64,000 nt of DNA, taken from contig CBDBOV010000004.1 of NCBI GenBank assembly GCA_965208575.1, positions 768,001-832,000 of the forward strand, written 5' to 3'. The notes beneath the pieces were generated by a model, which saw only the letters and a list, made by a program, of their open reading frames with translations, was not told the DNA's origin and made no database searches. Each line of letters opens with the position of its first letter. Positions within the stretch are counted from its first letter, which is position 1. The position numbers were made by a program, and so were the translations under genes. The DNA is from Spirochaetia bacterium. Its GTDB lineage: Bacteria; Spirochaetota; Spirochaetia; SZUA-6; Bin103. Below, one piece after another: positions 28,299-39,060 of this stretch.

Positions 28299-31200
28299 CT
28301 ACTTGCGGCCCTCCACGGCCATCACCAGCGCGGGGAGGATGAACAGGGTGAACACGCCTGACAGGATCAGCCCGCCGACCATGCTGACCACGAACGGCAC
28401 CAGGAAGATCAGCAGGTCGCTGCGCTCGTAGAGCAGGGGGCAGAGGCCTACCAGCGTGGTGGCGCTGGTCAGCACCACGGCGCGGAAGCGGCTGCGCGTG
28501 GCCACCGCCACCGCGGCGATCGCCGGCAGATCGCTGCGCTCGCGCCGTATCCTGTTGTAGCGGTCCAGCAGCACCAGCGCGTCGTTCACGACGACGCCGG
28601 ACACCGCCACCACCCCGAAGAACGAGCTCCCTCCAAAGTCCCAGCCCAGCACCCAATGGGCGAACACGGCGCCGGCGAACGCCAGCGGAAAACCGAGCAC
28701 CGCGGCCACCGGCTTCCAGTAGCTGCGCAGGAACGCCGCGATCAGCGCATACATCGCCAACAGAACCGCCGGCACCGTCACGGCTGCCGTGGCCAGCAGC
28801 CTGCGCTCCTGCCTGCCGTAACCATCCTCCTCGAACCGCAGTCCGGGATGCGCGGCCAGCAGCGCGGGCAGCAACTCCTCTTCGATCCGCGCGTGCACCT
28901 GCCTGACGGTCAGCACCGCGGTATCGATGTTGGCGCTCACCCGGGCGGCCCGCTCGCCGTCGATGCGCGTCAGCGTGGCCGGCTCGCGCCGCTCCACCAG
29001 GGTAGCGGCGGTGCTCAGGGGCATCTCCGCGTACCCGGACGGGGTCTGCAGGTGAATGCGCTCGGCGGACAGTTCCCGCAGGCTGCGCCGCCGTTCGGGC
29101 GGGTAGCGCAACACGACCTCTATCTCGTCCGGCCCCCGCTGCAGCTCCTGGACCTCAAGCCCGTGGTAGTTGGCCCGCAACTGCCTGCCGATGGCCGCCG
29201 GCGTGAGGCCCGCCGCCTGTCCCGCCGGCGTCACCTGTATGTCGATGTGGCGTTTGCCGGGGGCCAGGCTGTCCCAGATTCCGGACACGCCCGGGATGGC
29301 GGCCATGAACGACTTCAACTGGTCGGTGGCGCTGCGCAGCGTCGGCTCGTCGTCGTGGCGCAGCGCGTAGCCGACGGTATCGCCCAGGGTCGAGACGTGG
29401 GCGCCGACCGCGAACCGCTCCAGGAGCGGCACGTTGCCGAGCCTTCGTGCCCACGCTTCCTCGACGTCGGTCGCCGAGGCGGTCCGTTCCGGCTTCTCGG
29501 CCAGGTGGAGCATGACCGACGCCAGGTGGCCGACGTGCACTTCGTCCTCGTCGGTGGGCGCCGAGAACAGGTTGCCGACAAACATGCTGACGCCGTGCAC
29601 GGTGCTGCCGCCGAACGCGTCGTCCAGCGCCGCGGCTTCGTCCGCGACCCGCCGGGCAGTCGCCAGCGTCGTCTCGAACGGCGTCCCGACGGGGAGGTAC
29701 AGGTCCGCGCGAATGCTCGTCTGCACGCTGCTGGAGCCGGTGAAAGTGATGAGCCGCACTGCTCCCGTCGCCAGGAGCAGGATCGCGGCCAGGAACACCA
29801 GGGCCGCCGCGGCGAACGTGGTCCAGACGTGGCGCACCGCCCATGATACGGCGGGCGCCACCGTGCGCTCGCGGAGCCGGTCCAGCAGACCGCTCACGGA
29901 GCGCTGCAGTTCGCGCAGCGGCGACAGCGTCCAGTTGCCCCGGTGCGACAGATGTGCCGGCAGGATCAGGAACGCCTCCAGCAGCGACACGGCCAGGACA
30001 CAGAGCAAGACCGGCGGCAACTCCCTCAAAATCTGTATCGAGCCCACCACGAACAGCAGCGGCAGAAAGGCCATGCCGGTGGTGACCGCGCCCACGGTGA
30101 CGGGACCGCGGACCTCCCGCACGCCGCGTATGGCAGCAGCCAGTGGCTGGCGCGGATTGGCGGCGCGTTCGGTATCGATGTTCTCGGCGACGATCAGGGC
30201 GTCGTCCACGACCAGGCCGACCACGAGAAAGAACGCGGAGATGGTCACCACGTTGATGGTGAGGCCCAAGGGGGAGATGAGCGCCAGGGAGCCGACGAAT
30301 GCCAGCGGAATGCCGAGCGCGACCCACACCGCGACGCGCAGGTCGAGGACCAGGATCAGGAGTGCGAACACCAGCACCACGCCGATCACGACGTTGCGCA
30401 GGATGGTTCGCATCCGTTTCAGGGCGAGGCCGGCGGTGTCGTCCCACACGGATACGGTAACCTCCGGCGGCGGGGAGTACGCTGCCAACCACTCCCGTAC
30501 CTCGGCGGCGATGTCGGTGAGCGACTGCCAGTCCGCAACGCCCACCGTAACCAGCAACGCGGGCATGCCGTTGACGGTCAGGACCACCCGGTCGTCCGGC
30601 GCGAAGGCGTCCCGGATTTGCGCGACGTCGCCCAACCGGATGATCGTGCCGTCGGCGTTCGTGACCAAGGGGATGTCCGCGAACTGCGCTCCGCTCTGCC
30701 GCTTGGACACCATGTGCAGCGCCACTTGGCCGGACTCCGTATCGAGCTCCCCGAACGACAGGTTGAGCGACGAGCGCTGCACGCGGGTAGCGATCGTCTC
30801 GAACGAAAGCCCGTAGCGGCGCAGTTGCTCTTCGTCCAGCTCGATGGACACCTCGCGATCGCGCGCGCCGCGCAGGCTCACGTCGGAGATGCCGGGCAGT
30901 CGCAGCAATTCATCGCGGATGGTCTCCGCCGTGCGCTGCAGCGACTGCCCGCTCAAATGCGCGGACGAGACCGCCACGGTCAGGGCCGTGACCTCGAACC
31001 GCACCGGTTCGATCTCCGGCTCCTTGGCGTTCGGCGGCGGGAAGTTGTCGATGCCGTCGACCGCGTTCTCCACGTCGTGCAACACGGCGTCGCCGTCGGA
31101 CAGCGGTGAGTACTCGACGAGAACGGTGCCGTGGTCCGCGGCGGCGGTTCCCAGGACGCGTTCCACCCCCGAGATGCCGATCACCGCTTCCTCGACGCGG

Positions 31201-31478
31201 CGGACGATCTCTTCCTCCACCTCGCGTGCCGACGACCCGGGCGACTCGACCGCGACTTCGACGATGTGCGGGACGTTGCGCGGAACGTCCCGCACCACGA
31301 GCGTCGCACCCGCCAGCAGGCCGATGACGGCGACCCCGGCCATCAGCAGGTTGGCCGCCACCGGGTTGCCGGCAAAGTAAGAGATCAGCCCCGCCTTCAT
31401 GCCCGCCATGCCCGCCATGCCGGCAGCGCCGTCATCGCCGGTCGCCGGGGATCCGCTCGCCGAGTGCCCGGCGTTCAC
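28299..31478 (-). CDS. RND efflux transporter permease (AcrB/AcrD/AcrF family)
   Basis: 'NPVAANLLM', 'GLVVDDALIVAENI', 'GVVVNDALVL', 'RFRAVVLTS.TT..G..PL'; start may be ATG 31400. Confidence 0.92.
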   Translation of the reverse strand: MNAGHSASGSPATGDDGAAGMAGMAGMKAGLISYFAGNPVAANLLMAGVAVIGLLAGATLVVRDVPRNVPHIVEVAVESPGSSAREVEEEIVRRVEEAVIGISGVERVLGTAAADHGTVLVEYSPLSDGDAVLHDVENAVDGIDNFPPPNAKEPEIEPVRFEVTALTVAVSSAHLSGQSLQRTAETIRDELLRLPGISDVSLRGARDREVSIELDEEQLRRYGLSFETIATRVQRSSLNLSFGELDTESGQVALHMVSKRQSGAQFADIPLVTNADGTIIRLGDVAQIRDAFAPDDRVVLTVNGMPALLVTVGVADWQSLTDIAAEVREWLAAYSPPPEVTVSVWDDTAGLALKRMRTILRNVVIGVVLVFALLILVLDLRVAVWVALGIPLAFVGSLALISPLGLTINVVTISAFFLVVGLVVDDALIVAENIDTERAANPRQPLAAAIRGVREVRGPVTVGAVTTGMAFLPLLFVVGSIQILRELPPVLLCVLAVSLLEAFLILPAHLSHRGNWTLSPLRELQRSVSGLLDRLRERTVAPAVSWAVRHVWTTFAAAALVFLAAILLLATGAVRLITFTGSSSVQTSIRADLYLPVGTPFETTLATARRVADEAAALDDAFGGSTVHGVSMFVGNLFSAPTDEDEVHVGHLASVMLHLAEKPERTASATDVEEAWARRLGNVPLLERFAVGAHVSTLGDTVGYALRHDDEPTLRSATDQLKSFMAAIPGVSGIWDSLAPGKRHIDIQVTPAGQAAGLTPAAIGRQLRANYHGLEVQELQRGPDEIEVVLRYPPERRRSLRELSAERIHLQTPSGYAEMPLSTAATLVERREPATLTRIDGERAARVSANIDTAVLTVRQVHARIEEELLPALLAAHPGLRFEEDGYGRQERRLLATAAVTVPAVLLAMYALIAAFLRSYWKPVAAVLGFPLAFAGAVFAHWVLGWDFGGSSFFGVVAVSGVVVNDALVLLDRYNRIRRERSDLPAIAAVAVATRSRFRAVVLTSATTLVGLCPLLYERSDLLIFLVPFVVSMVGGLILSGVFTLFILPALVMAVEGRK

Positions 31479-31485
31479 GGTGCCA

Positions 31486-32644
31486 TCAGGGAGCGGCGGC
31501 GGCGGTCACCGCCAGTCCGTCGCGGGCGCGCGGCGGCGTGCCGACCACGACCCCGGCGCCGGCATCGAACGCTTCCACCACCCAGCCGTCCGCCGTGTCG
31601 CCGACCACCCGCGGCCCTACCGAGCGCAGCACGCCGGCGTCGACGATCCACACCGTGTCACCGTCCTGGCGCGCGGCGCGCGGCAGCCGGTACACGTTCT
31701 CCCGCAGCGGGCCGGTAATCTCGATCTCGGCGAACATGCCCGGCATCGGCGACGCACCCGCCGCGTCGGCCTGCAGTTCCAGGTGCAGCGTCGCCATCCG
31801 GCTGTTCGGGTCTACCACCGGAGACACTCTGGTCACCACGGCGGTACGGACGGCGCCTTCGGTGCGGACCTGAGCGGCGCGCCCGGTCACCGGCTCCAGA
31901 AGCGCCAGGTCGCGCGGATGGATCTGGGCGGCGACCTCCAGCGCGCCGTCCCGGTACACTCGGCCCAGCGGCATGCGCAATGGCCCGACGAGTTGCCCGA
32001 CCTCCGCCCGGGCACTGATCACCCGACTCGCGAACGGCAGCGAAACGCTGGTCTTGTCGAGCGCCCGCTCCGCCAGCGTGAGGGCGGTCCGCGCCTGCTC
32101 CAGGCGTGCCTCGACGGCGGCGACCGCCTCTTCGCGGCCGACCCAGTCGAACCCGTCCACGTCCGGCTCGCCATCGCCGAACAGCCGCCGCGCGGCGGCC
32201 GCGCGCGCCTTCTGAAAGCGCACCATCGCCTCCGCCGCCCGCACGCCGGCAGCCGCGGCCTCGACGCGCAACGCCGCGTCCTCCGGGTCGATCCTGACGA
32301 TCACCTCGTCCGCCGCCAGCGCGCCGCCGTCGCGAAAGTTGGGCGACACCCAGACGATGCGCCCGCCGACCTCGGCGCGTACGCTGACCTGCACCTGCGC
32401 CTCGACCGTGCCGGTCAGCGCCACCGGCAGCGCCACCGCCGTGATGGCCGGCCGCACCACCCGCACCTGCATCGGGCCTTCTGCCGCCGGCTGCGGCAAT
32501 ACGCCCCCCGGCGATCGGCTCGGCGCCTGGGCAAAGTACACTGCGGCTGCGAGCGCAAGCAGGATCAGCGCGAGCTGTGCGTAGCCGCGCCAACGGGGGG
32601 GGCCGGGCGTCGCTTGCGGATGGAATGGATCCCGGTTCGCTCAT
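31486..32644 (-). CDS. RND periplasmic adaptor (MFP); start codon out of frame at a G8 tract (32595-32602)
   Basis: 'V.AEVGGRIV.VS', 'L.KT.V..PF..RV', 'PGMFAEIEI.G'; TM anchor 'GYAQLALILLALAAAVYF' has no in-frame start, ATG 32644 is one base off. Confidence 0.8.
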
Positions 32645-32792
32645 CGCGGAGTATACCGAAACCCCTTATAGCACTATGTGAAAGTTACATCAAATACCCT
32701 TCTGAGAAGATTGTATATCGAATCAAGGTACGTGCCCGGACTGTACCGACAGGGCAGGACCGCGCAGGCGGCTCAGGTCAGGGAATCAGAGT

Positions 32793-33653
32793 TCAGGCCT
32801 GCTCGGAGCCGGTCTCCGCGGCGAGCCAGCGTACGGCGTTTTCGATGATGCGCAGCGGGATCGGCAGGTGGTAGACCGGATAGGTCTCGTGGCCGGGGCG
32901 GAAGTAGAACAGCCGGCCGCGCCCGATGCGCCACACCATGCCGCTGCGGAACCACTCGCCGGTGGGCCAGCGGTCCTCGAAGATCACCTCGTCCGGGGCG
33001 GGGACGTGCAGCGGCTCGTCGTACATCTCGGATTGCGGCAGCGAGAACTCCGCGGGGATACCCTCGGCAATCGGGTGGTCGGGCAGCAGGGTGCGCGAGA
33101 AGCTCGGCTCACCGTCGGCGCGCCATGCCGGGAAGCAGCAGATCGGGAGCCCGACCCGGACGCGGGTCACGCCGCCGGGAAACTTGCGCACCTGGTAGGA
33201 TGGGGTGACCACGGCGTCCGCGGCGGGCGCCTGGTAACGGTTCTCGGGGGCGACGAAATCGAATTCGACCCGATCGCCCGCGGTGTCCGGGAACAGCCGC
33301 CGCGCATCTTCGCGGGTGCGATGGTCCATCGCCGCGATGAACGGGGTTGCCCAGTGCGCCGAATGCAGCACGATGAGCGACAGCCGCCCCGCCAATACCC
33401 GGTCGAGAATACGCCTGCCGGTGTCGGCGGGAACGTCGCGGTGGCGCACGTGGCCCCACCACACCAGCACGCGGCTGCCATCGAGCGCCTCGTCGGACAG
33501 ACCCTGGTCGGCGTCGTCCAACCCGGCCGACCGCACTGCCAGACCGCCCTGCGCGCGCAGATGATCGGCGATCGCGTTGCCCAGGAAATTGTCGTACGCC
33601 TCCTGCTGGCGCGGCTGGCGTTCGTCCCACACCAGCACCCCTAAATCACTCAT
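32793..33653 (-). CDS. ThuA-like (trehalose utilisation) domain protein
   Basis: 'VLVWDE', 'VLVWWGH', 'LIVLHSAH', 'HPIA.G', 'EMY.EP', 'FYFRPGHETYP.Y'. Confidence 0.85.
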   Translation of the reverse strand: MSDLGVLVWDERQPRQQEAYDNFLGNAIADHLRAQGGLAVRSAGLDDADQGLSDEALDGSRVLVWWGHVRHRDVPADTGRRILDRVLAGRLSLIVLHSAHWATPFIAAMDHRTREDARRLFPDTAGDRVEFDFVAPENRYQAPAADAVVTPSYQVRKFPGGVTRVRVGLPICCFPAWRADGEPSFSRTLLPDHPIAEGIPAEFSLPQSEMYDEPLHVPAPDEVIFEDRWPTGEWFRSGMVWRIGRGRLFYFRPGHETYPVYHLPIPLRIIENAVRWLAAETGSEQA

Positions 33654-33733
33654 GCGCGCCAGTAAAGATCATCCCCCTGGCCATGACAAGCCCGCCGTCC
33701 AGCCACCCGCCCCACAAACGCGCTGCCGTCGCG

Positions 33734-33763
33734 TTGACATTACAGCCTCCGTTCGCCTAGAGT
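33734..33763 (+). promoter_or_regulatory. Putative sigma70 promoter TTGACA-N18-TAGAGT
   Basis: Consensus -35 upstream of the sugar ABC operon. Confidence 0.45.
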
Positions 33764-33938
33764 CGGCCGCGGATGTGCGCTGAGTCGCGCACGCCCCCGT
33801 GCTCCCACGGAACGCGTGCGCGCCTCGCAAGCAGGGAGGTGAGACGACCGCAGACTCAAGGATGTTGGGGCCGAACATGCATAATGCCGGCACCATCTCG
33901 AAACGTACTCCATGACACACTTTACAAGGAGAATAGAA

Positions 33939-35277
33939 GTGAAAAAGAGGTTCTACATAACCTCGATTGTAGCGCTTGCCGGGATGCTTCTCCCGCTTGC
34001 GCTGTGGGCAGCGCCCGCCGGCGAAGAAGGCGCCACGACGATTCCCGAGGGCATCGACCTGGTGACGCCGGAACGGATCGGCAACCCGAACGCCGAGATC
34101 ACCCTGGTGTGGTCCCCGCAGCAGGTTTACGGCCCGTTTTCCGACATCCCGGCGCGCACCTCATACCTGCGGGAGAAGCTGGAAGAGTGGACGCGGGCAC
34201 ACCCGAACGTCAAGATCGAGCCCGTAGTCTGGGGCGGGGACGCCAACGCGTTCTATGCCAAGCTGGCTGCCGAAGCCGCCTCCGGCAGAGCTCCGGACGC
34301 CGTCCAGATGCCCGATCTTCCCATCTACAATCAGTGGCTGCAGCCTATCGATGAGTTTATCCGGGATGAGCTCGACGACTTCTTCCCATGGACGCACGAG
34401 ATCATGATCGATCCGGCGGACGGCAAGATAAAGAGAATCAAGTTCAACACCGGCACCGGCGGCCTCTGGTACCGGCGCGACCTGACGCCGGATCCGCCGC
34501 GTTCCTTCGACGAGCTGATAGCCGCCGCCAAGAAGTTGCAGGCGGAAGGCATGGAGAGTCCGATCGGCGGGGTCAGCGCGCCGATTCTATCACCTGATCT
34601 TCCCGATGTGGTCTTCGCAGGGCAGATCCTGGTACGACGAGAACGAGCAACCGACCTTCGGGAACATTCCGGAGGACCGGCAGGCGATGATCGACATCTT
34701 CGCCGTCTACCGGAGCCTCATCGACGAAGGCTTGATGTCGTTGAACGTGCTCGAGTTGAAAAACAACATGGACTGGGCCACCGAGATGGGCAGGGGCACG
34801 GTAGCGTTCTTCCTGGGCAACATGTGGACCAGTCAACTGGAGCAGGCGATGTCCCCCGAGGAGGTCGACAACTGGGCCCTGACCCACTACCCGCAGATGA
34901 CCGCGGACGCTCCGCGCAGCGCGGCCGCCGGTGGCTGGAACTACGGTTTCTTCTCCGACGATCCCGAGAAACTGGAGCTCGCGGTGGACCTCGTGATGCA
35001 TCTGTATGCCAGTGCGGACGGCATGGCGGGTTGGTGTGAAGCTGGCGGCTATCCGCCGTCGCGGGCAAGCGTCTACGACTATCCCGCCTTCCAGAGCAGA
35101 TTCTTCCAGGAACTGTCCGCGGTTCTCGCCGTAGCGCGACCGTGGCCTTCGAGCCCCACCATGCAGGTCATGTGGGGCGAAGCGACCAACGCCTATGAGG
35201 CGATGCTGCTTGGCCAGATGACGCCCGAGGAAGCGGTGGATGCCTTCTGGGAGGGCACTCTCGACCAGATGAAATAG
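33939..35277 (+). pseudogene. Carbohydrate ABC substrate-binding protein (family 1), frameshifted near 34560-34590
   Basis: N-terminal half (signal peptide, 'HPNVKI', 'APDAVQM', 'LWYRRDL') and C-terminal half ('AAGGWNY', 'PSRASVY', 'GQMTPEEA') lie in different frames. Confidence 0.8.
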
Positions 35278-35335
35278 GTAGCGGGGGCTTCGGGACACTC
35301 GGGGCCCCCTCTTTCGAGTTTCGGGGGGAGGGACT

Positions 35336-36235
35336 GTGACAAGAATCGGAGCCGCGCGTGAATTGGGATCGCGCATGGCGTGGCTCGCGCCGGCCATCAT
35401 GTTCCTTGCGGTGTTCATGGTCCTTCCCCTGTTCGACGTAATCCGGCTCAGTTTCACCACCGCATCCATCATCGAGCCCGAGTATTCGTATACCCTGTCG
35501 TCCTATGCCAAGGTGTTCGGAGACAAGGACTTCCTCTGGTCGCTGTCCATTACCTTCATCTTCGTTGCCGCCAACTGCGTCCTGCAAATTCCACTGGGTC
35601 TGCTGATCGCCCTGGCCGTCCACGCCGGCAAGGACAAGAACGTGTATGGCAGCATCCTGGCCAGAACTGCCGTCCTCACCGCCTGGATCATACCCGGCGT
35701 ACTGGTCGGCATCCTGTGGAAAACGCTGCTGTCGAGTGCCAGCTCCGGCATCATCAACCACTTCGTTCAATCGCTGGGTATGGAGCGCATTCCGTTTCTC
35801 CTCGATCCGCTGTATGCGGTCATCTCCATCATTGGTGCCAACGTGTGGGGAGGAGCCGCCTTCTGCATGATCCTGCAATACGCCGGGCTGCAGCGGATTC
35901 CCGCCGAACTGTACGAGGTCTCGCGGGTGGACGGCGCGCGCGCCTGGCAGCAGTTCTTGCACATAACGTTGCCGCAACTGAAGCCGATCCTGTTCATCAA
36001 CCTGGTGCTGATCACGATTTCCAGCTTCAACACGTTCGACATGATCGCGACGCTCACCTCGGGCGGGCCCGCCGGCACCACCGAGGTATTGACCCTGGCC
36101 GCCTACATTCAGGTTTTTACGTACTGGAACATGGGCAGAGGCTCCGCCATCGCGGTCCTGCTGCTCGCCATTACCGTGGTCATGACCATCGTCTATTACA
36201 AGCTGTTCCAGTTGGACGAAGACATTGCCGAATAG
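35336..36235 (+). CDS. Carbohydrate ABC permease (MalF-like)
   Basis: 'AGLQRIPAELYEVSRVDGA.AWQQF..ITLP.L.P'. Confidence 0.92.
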   Translation: MTRIGAARELGSRMAWLAPAIMFLAVFMVLPLFDVIRLSFTTASIIEPEYSYTLSSYAKVFGDKDFLWSLSITFIFVAANCVLQIPLGLLIALAVHAGKDKNVYGSILARTAVLTAWIIPGVLVGILWKTLLSSASSGIINHFVQSLGMERIPFLLDPLYAVISIIGANVWGGAAFCMILQYAGLQRIPAELYEVSRVDGARAWQQFLHITLPQLKPILFINLVLITISSFNTFDMIATLTSGGPAGTTEVLTLAAYIQVFTYWNMGRGSAIAVLLLAITVVMTIVYYKLFQLDEDIAE

Positions 36236-37073
36236 GAGCCGCCTGGATGCAACCAGGATCCTGATCTACGCATCCTACCTGGTCGTCATAGTGGTGTTCT
36301 GGGGACCGGTAACGTGGATGATATCGTTGTCTCTCAAGACCATCCCGGACATCCTCGCCTACCCCCCGAAGCTGTTTCCGAGCCGGCCTGCTATAGAGAA
36401 CTACGGCACCATTTTCGCGCAGTCCACCATTCCCCGCAACATGCTCAACTCGGCCAAGATCACGGTCATCACCGTGGTCGGAACCCTGCTCGTTACGGTG
36501 CCCGCGGCGTACGGATTTTCGCGGTTCAGATTCAGGGGCAGAACGCAGATCCTGATGGCGATCCTGCTGTTCCAGATGATCTCGACGCTGATCATAATCC
36601 TGCCGCTGTACCGCTATTTCATCAGGCTGAACCTGCTGGATACTCATCACGGGCTGATCATGATCTACATCACGGTGCAGATTCCCTTTACGGTGTGGCT
36701 GCTGAAGGGCTTCTTCGATTCCATACCCAAGAGCCTGGACGACGCGGCCCGCATCGACGGAGCATCGCGGCTGCAGAGCGTGGTTCGGGTAATCGTGCCG
36801 GTCGCCATGCCGGGGATCGCCGCCGCCGTGCTGTTCAACACCATCAACGCCTGGTCGCAGTTCCTGATTCCCTATATTCTGATCGGCAAGGGACGCCTGC
36901 AACCGATCTCGGTCGGGGTCGCCAAGTACGCGGAGACGGTGGGCGAAGCGATCGTCACCACCCACCTGCTGGCCGCGGCAAGCCTGATGGCGATGCTGCC
37001 GGCCATCGCCATTTTCATCGCCCTGCAGCGGTTCATCGTCCGGATCCTGATCTCCGGCGCCGTGAAGGGCTAG
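36225..37073 (+). CDS. Carbohydrate ABC permease (MalG-like)
   Basis: 'GFFDSIPKSLDDAARIDGAS....V..V..P...PGI', 'SGAVKG' end. Confidence 0.92.
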   Translation: MPNRSRLDATRILIYASYLVVIVVFWGPVTWMISLSLKTIPDILAYPPKLFPSRPAIENYGTIFAQSTIPRNMLNSAKITVITVVGTLLVTVPAAYGFSRFRFRGRTQILMAILLFQMISTLIIILPLYRYFIRLNLLDTHHGLIMIYITVQIPFTVWLLKGFFDSIPKSLDDAARIDGASRLQSVVRVIVPVAMPGIAAAVLFNTINAWSQFLIPYILIGKGRLQPISVGVAKYAETVGEAIVTTHLLAAASLMAMLPAIAIFIALQRFIVRILISGAVKG

Positions 37074-37082
37074 CGGCCTAGG

Positions 37083-39059
37083 CCGAAGTTCCAGAGCGGG
37101 AATCTTGTTAATTCGTTATTGATCTGAAAATTGCGCTCAACAGCCGATGTCCGTTACTGGCTACACTTGGGCGCTGACCTCCAGGAGATCGAAACAGCGC
37201 TGCTGCAGCGCGGTCGGTTCGCTGTGCATGGTGAACGTGGCGCCGCTATCCACTATCCGCACGCGGTTGGCCGTCAGCGTCCCCAACTCGCTCATCAGGC
37301 TGCGAAAGCTGTGCACCGGCAGACCGTCGTCGGTACGCTTGCTCGCCGCCTTCCGGTGTGCGGCCGGTGAGCGTTCCGCCGGTTGCACCACCGACTCGCG
37401 CAGCGCCTCGCCGGCGGCGCGGTCGTGGTCGTCGAACAGCACCGGCGCCAGCTTGCTGCGCATGTGCCACTCCACGTAGTAGGCCAGCATGCACAGGAAC
37501 ACGTGCGCCCGCACCCGGTCAGCACTGCGGTGATAGATCGGTCGCACCTTCAGATCCACCGTTTTCATGCTGCGGAACGCGCGCTCCACCTTGGCCAGAT
37601 CCTTGTACGCCGTCACCGTCTGCTCGGCGTCGAACAGCTCCGGCTCCACGTTGGAGCGCACGATGTAGAGCCCGTCCAGTTCTTCCTCGGCCGCGATCTT
37701 GTCCAGGTCACGCACGAACGAGAACGAGTCGTCGGTGATGGTGGTGGTGAAATGCTTGCCCACCTTGTAGTGGTTGATCACCTTGCCCACCCGCAGGCCG
37801 ATCGCGGCGGCGCCGCGCAGCGGCTTTTTGGCGCGCTGCGTGGCCGTCACGATCGGCGTCAGTTCCTCCTCCGTGGAGGCCAGCAACTTCTGCCTCTTGC
37901 GCTGCCGTTGCTCGGCCAGGATCGGGTTGCGGCACACGATCAGCCGCTCGCCGGGGAACTCGGGTGAGCTGATCTCCGCCAGGTCACGCTCGTCGAACAT
38001 GGTCTGCGCCACTTCGCCGGCCTCGATCAGCTTGCGGATGGTGGGCGCCCGCAGGGTCGTGATCCAGCGCAGGCCGTCGATCCCCTGCAGGTCCTCGCGG
38101 ATGCGCGCGCCGGTGAGCATGCCGCGGTCGCCGACCAGCACGACGCGCTGCAAGCCGAAACGGTTGCGAATCTTGTCGACCTGAGCGGCGACCGTCTTGG
38201 GGTCACTGGTGGAGCCCTCGAATACCTCGACGGCGATGGGACAGCCGTCTGCGGTACACAGCAGGCCGAACACGATCTGCAAGGTGCCGCGTTTGCCGTC
38301 GCGGCTGTGACCGCGGCGCGCCAACGGGCAGGTGTGTCCCTCGAAGTAACTGGAAGTCAGGTCGTACAACATGAGCGTGTTGTCATGCAGATGGCGCTTG
38401 GCCAAGCGCTGCTCGATGCCGTGCTGGCGAGCGAGCAGCCAATCCATGGCGGCATACAGCTCATTCTCGTCGACGGCTCCCAACTGCAGCAGGTGGCCGA
38501 GGGAGGAGACGGCGCTTTCGGGGTTCAGGCCGCGAGCGGTGGCGAGTTTGGAGCGAGCGTCGACGACGCGAGCGACGATCATGGCGACGACCAGGTCGCG
38601 TTCACGGGAGGCGGGACGAGCGACGAGGGAATGGAGGGAGAGCTTGCGGAGGGAACCGAGGACGGCGGCGACGTGGCCGTGGGGATAGCTGCGCAAGATG
38701 GAGAGCAGTTCGTTGGGAGAGCGCAGAGCGATACCGCCGTTGAGGAGGACGCGCAAACCCTCGACGAGGTGATCGGGCCACTTGGAGAGGTTGGCGATGG
38801 TGCGTTTTTTGACCTTGCCGTGCTGGCGGAAGGACTCGCGGAGGAGGACGGCCGGGGGAGAGTTGCGGTTGGGGACGGTGTCGATGTACATGGGCACCCT
38901 ACGGAGGGAATGGTAGATCATTTAATAATTACATATCAACCAGATGAGAGAAAATTAACGCTGAACCACAGGACTATTTACATGGACACGATTTACACCC
39001 ATGAACACGCTAATTCCTGTAATAGGAAACAGTTACAAGAACGGCCTCTCAAACCTCGG
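37083..39059 (-). mobile_element. IS1634-family insertion sequence
   Basis: Imperfect terminal inverted repeats (CCGAAGTTCCAGAG / CTCTCAAACCTCGG) flanked by CCTAGG on both sides (37077-37082, 39060-39065). Confidence 0.85.
37161..38891 (-). CDS. IS1634-family DDE transposase
   Basis: 'LYDLTSSYFEG', 'GHSRDGK', 'LVGDRGM', 'YK.L..VERAFR..K', 'RVRAHVFLCMLAY'. Confidence 0.92.
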   Translation of the reverse strand: MYIDTVPNRNSPPAVLLRESFRQHGKVKKRTIANLSKWPDHLVEGLRVLLNGGIALRSPNELLSILRSYPHGHVAAVLGSLRKLSLHSLVARPASRERDLVVAMIVARVVDARSKLATARGLNPESAVSSLGHLLQLGAVDENELYAAMDWLLARQHGIEQRLAKRHLHDNTLMLYDLTSSYFEGHTCPLARRGHSRDGKRGTLQIVFGLLCTADGCPIAVEVFEGSTSDPKTVAAQVDKIRNRFGLQRVVLVGDRGMLTGARIREDLQGIDGLRWITTLRAPTIRKLIEAGEVAQTMFDERDLAEISSPEFPGERLIVCRNPILAEQRQRKRQKLLASTEEELTPIVTATQRAKKPLRGAAAIGLRVGKVINHYKVGKHFTTTITDDSFSFVRDLDKIAAEEELDGLYIVRSNVEPELFDAEQTVTAYKDLAKVERAFRSMKTVDLKVRPIYHRSADRVRAHVFLCMLAYYVEWHMRSKLAPVLFDDHDRAAGEALRESVVQPAERSPAAHRKAASKRTDDGLPVHSFRSLMSELGTLTANRVRIVDSGATFTMHSEPTALQQRCFDLLEVSAQV

Positions 39060-39060
39060 C

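Noticed and set aside
31398-31420. 9-bp repeat (MAG MAG M) at the RND permease N-terminus as a phase switch
   Set aside because: Unit is a multiple of three and has only ~2.5 copies.
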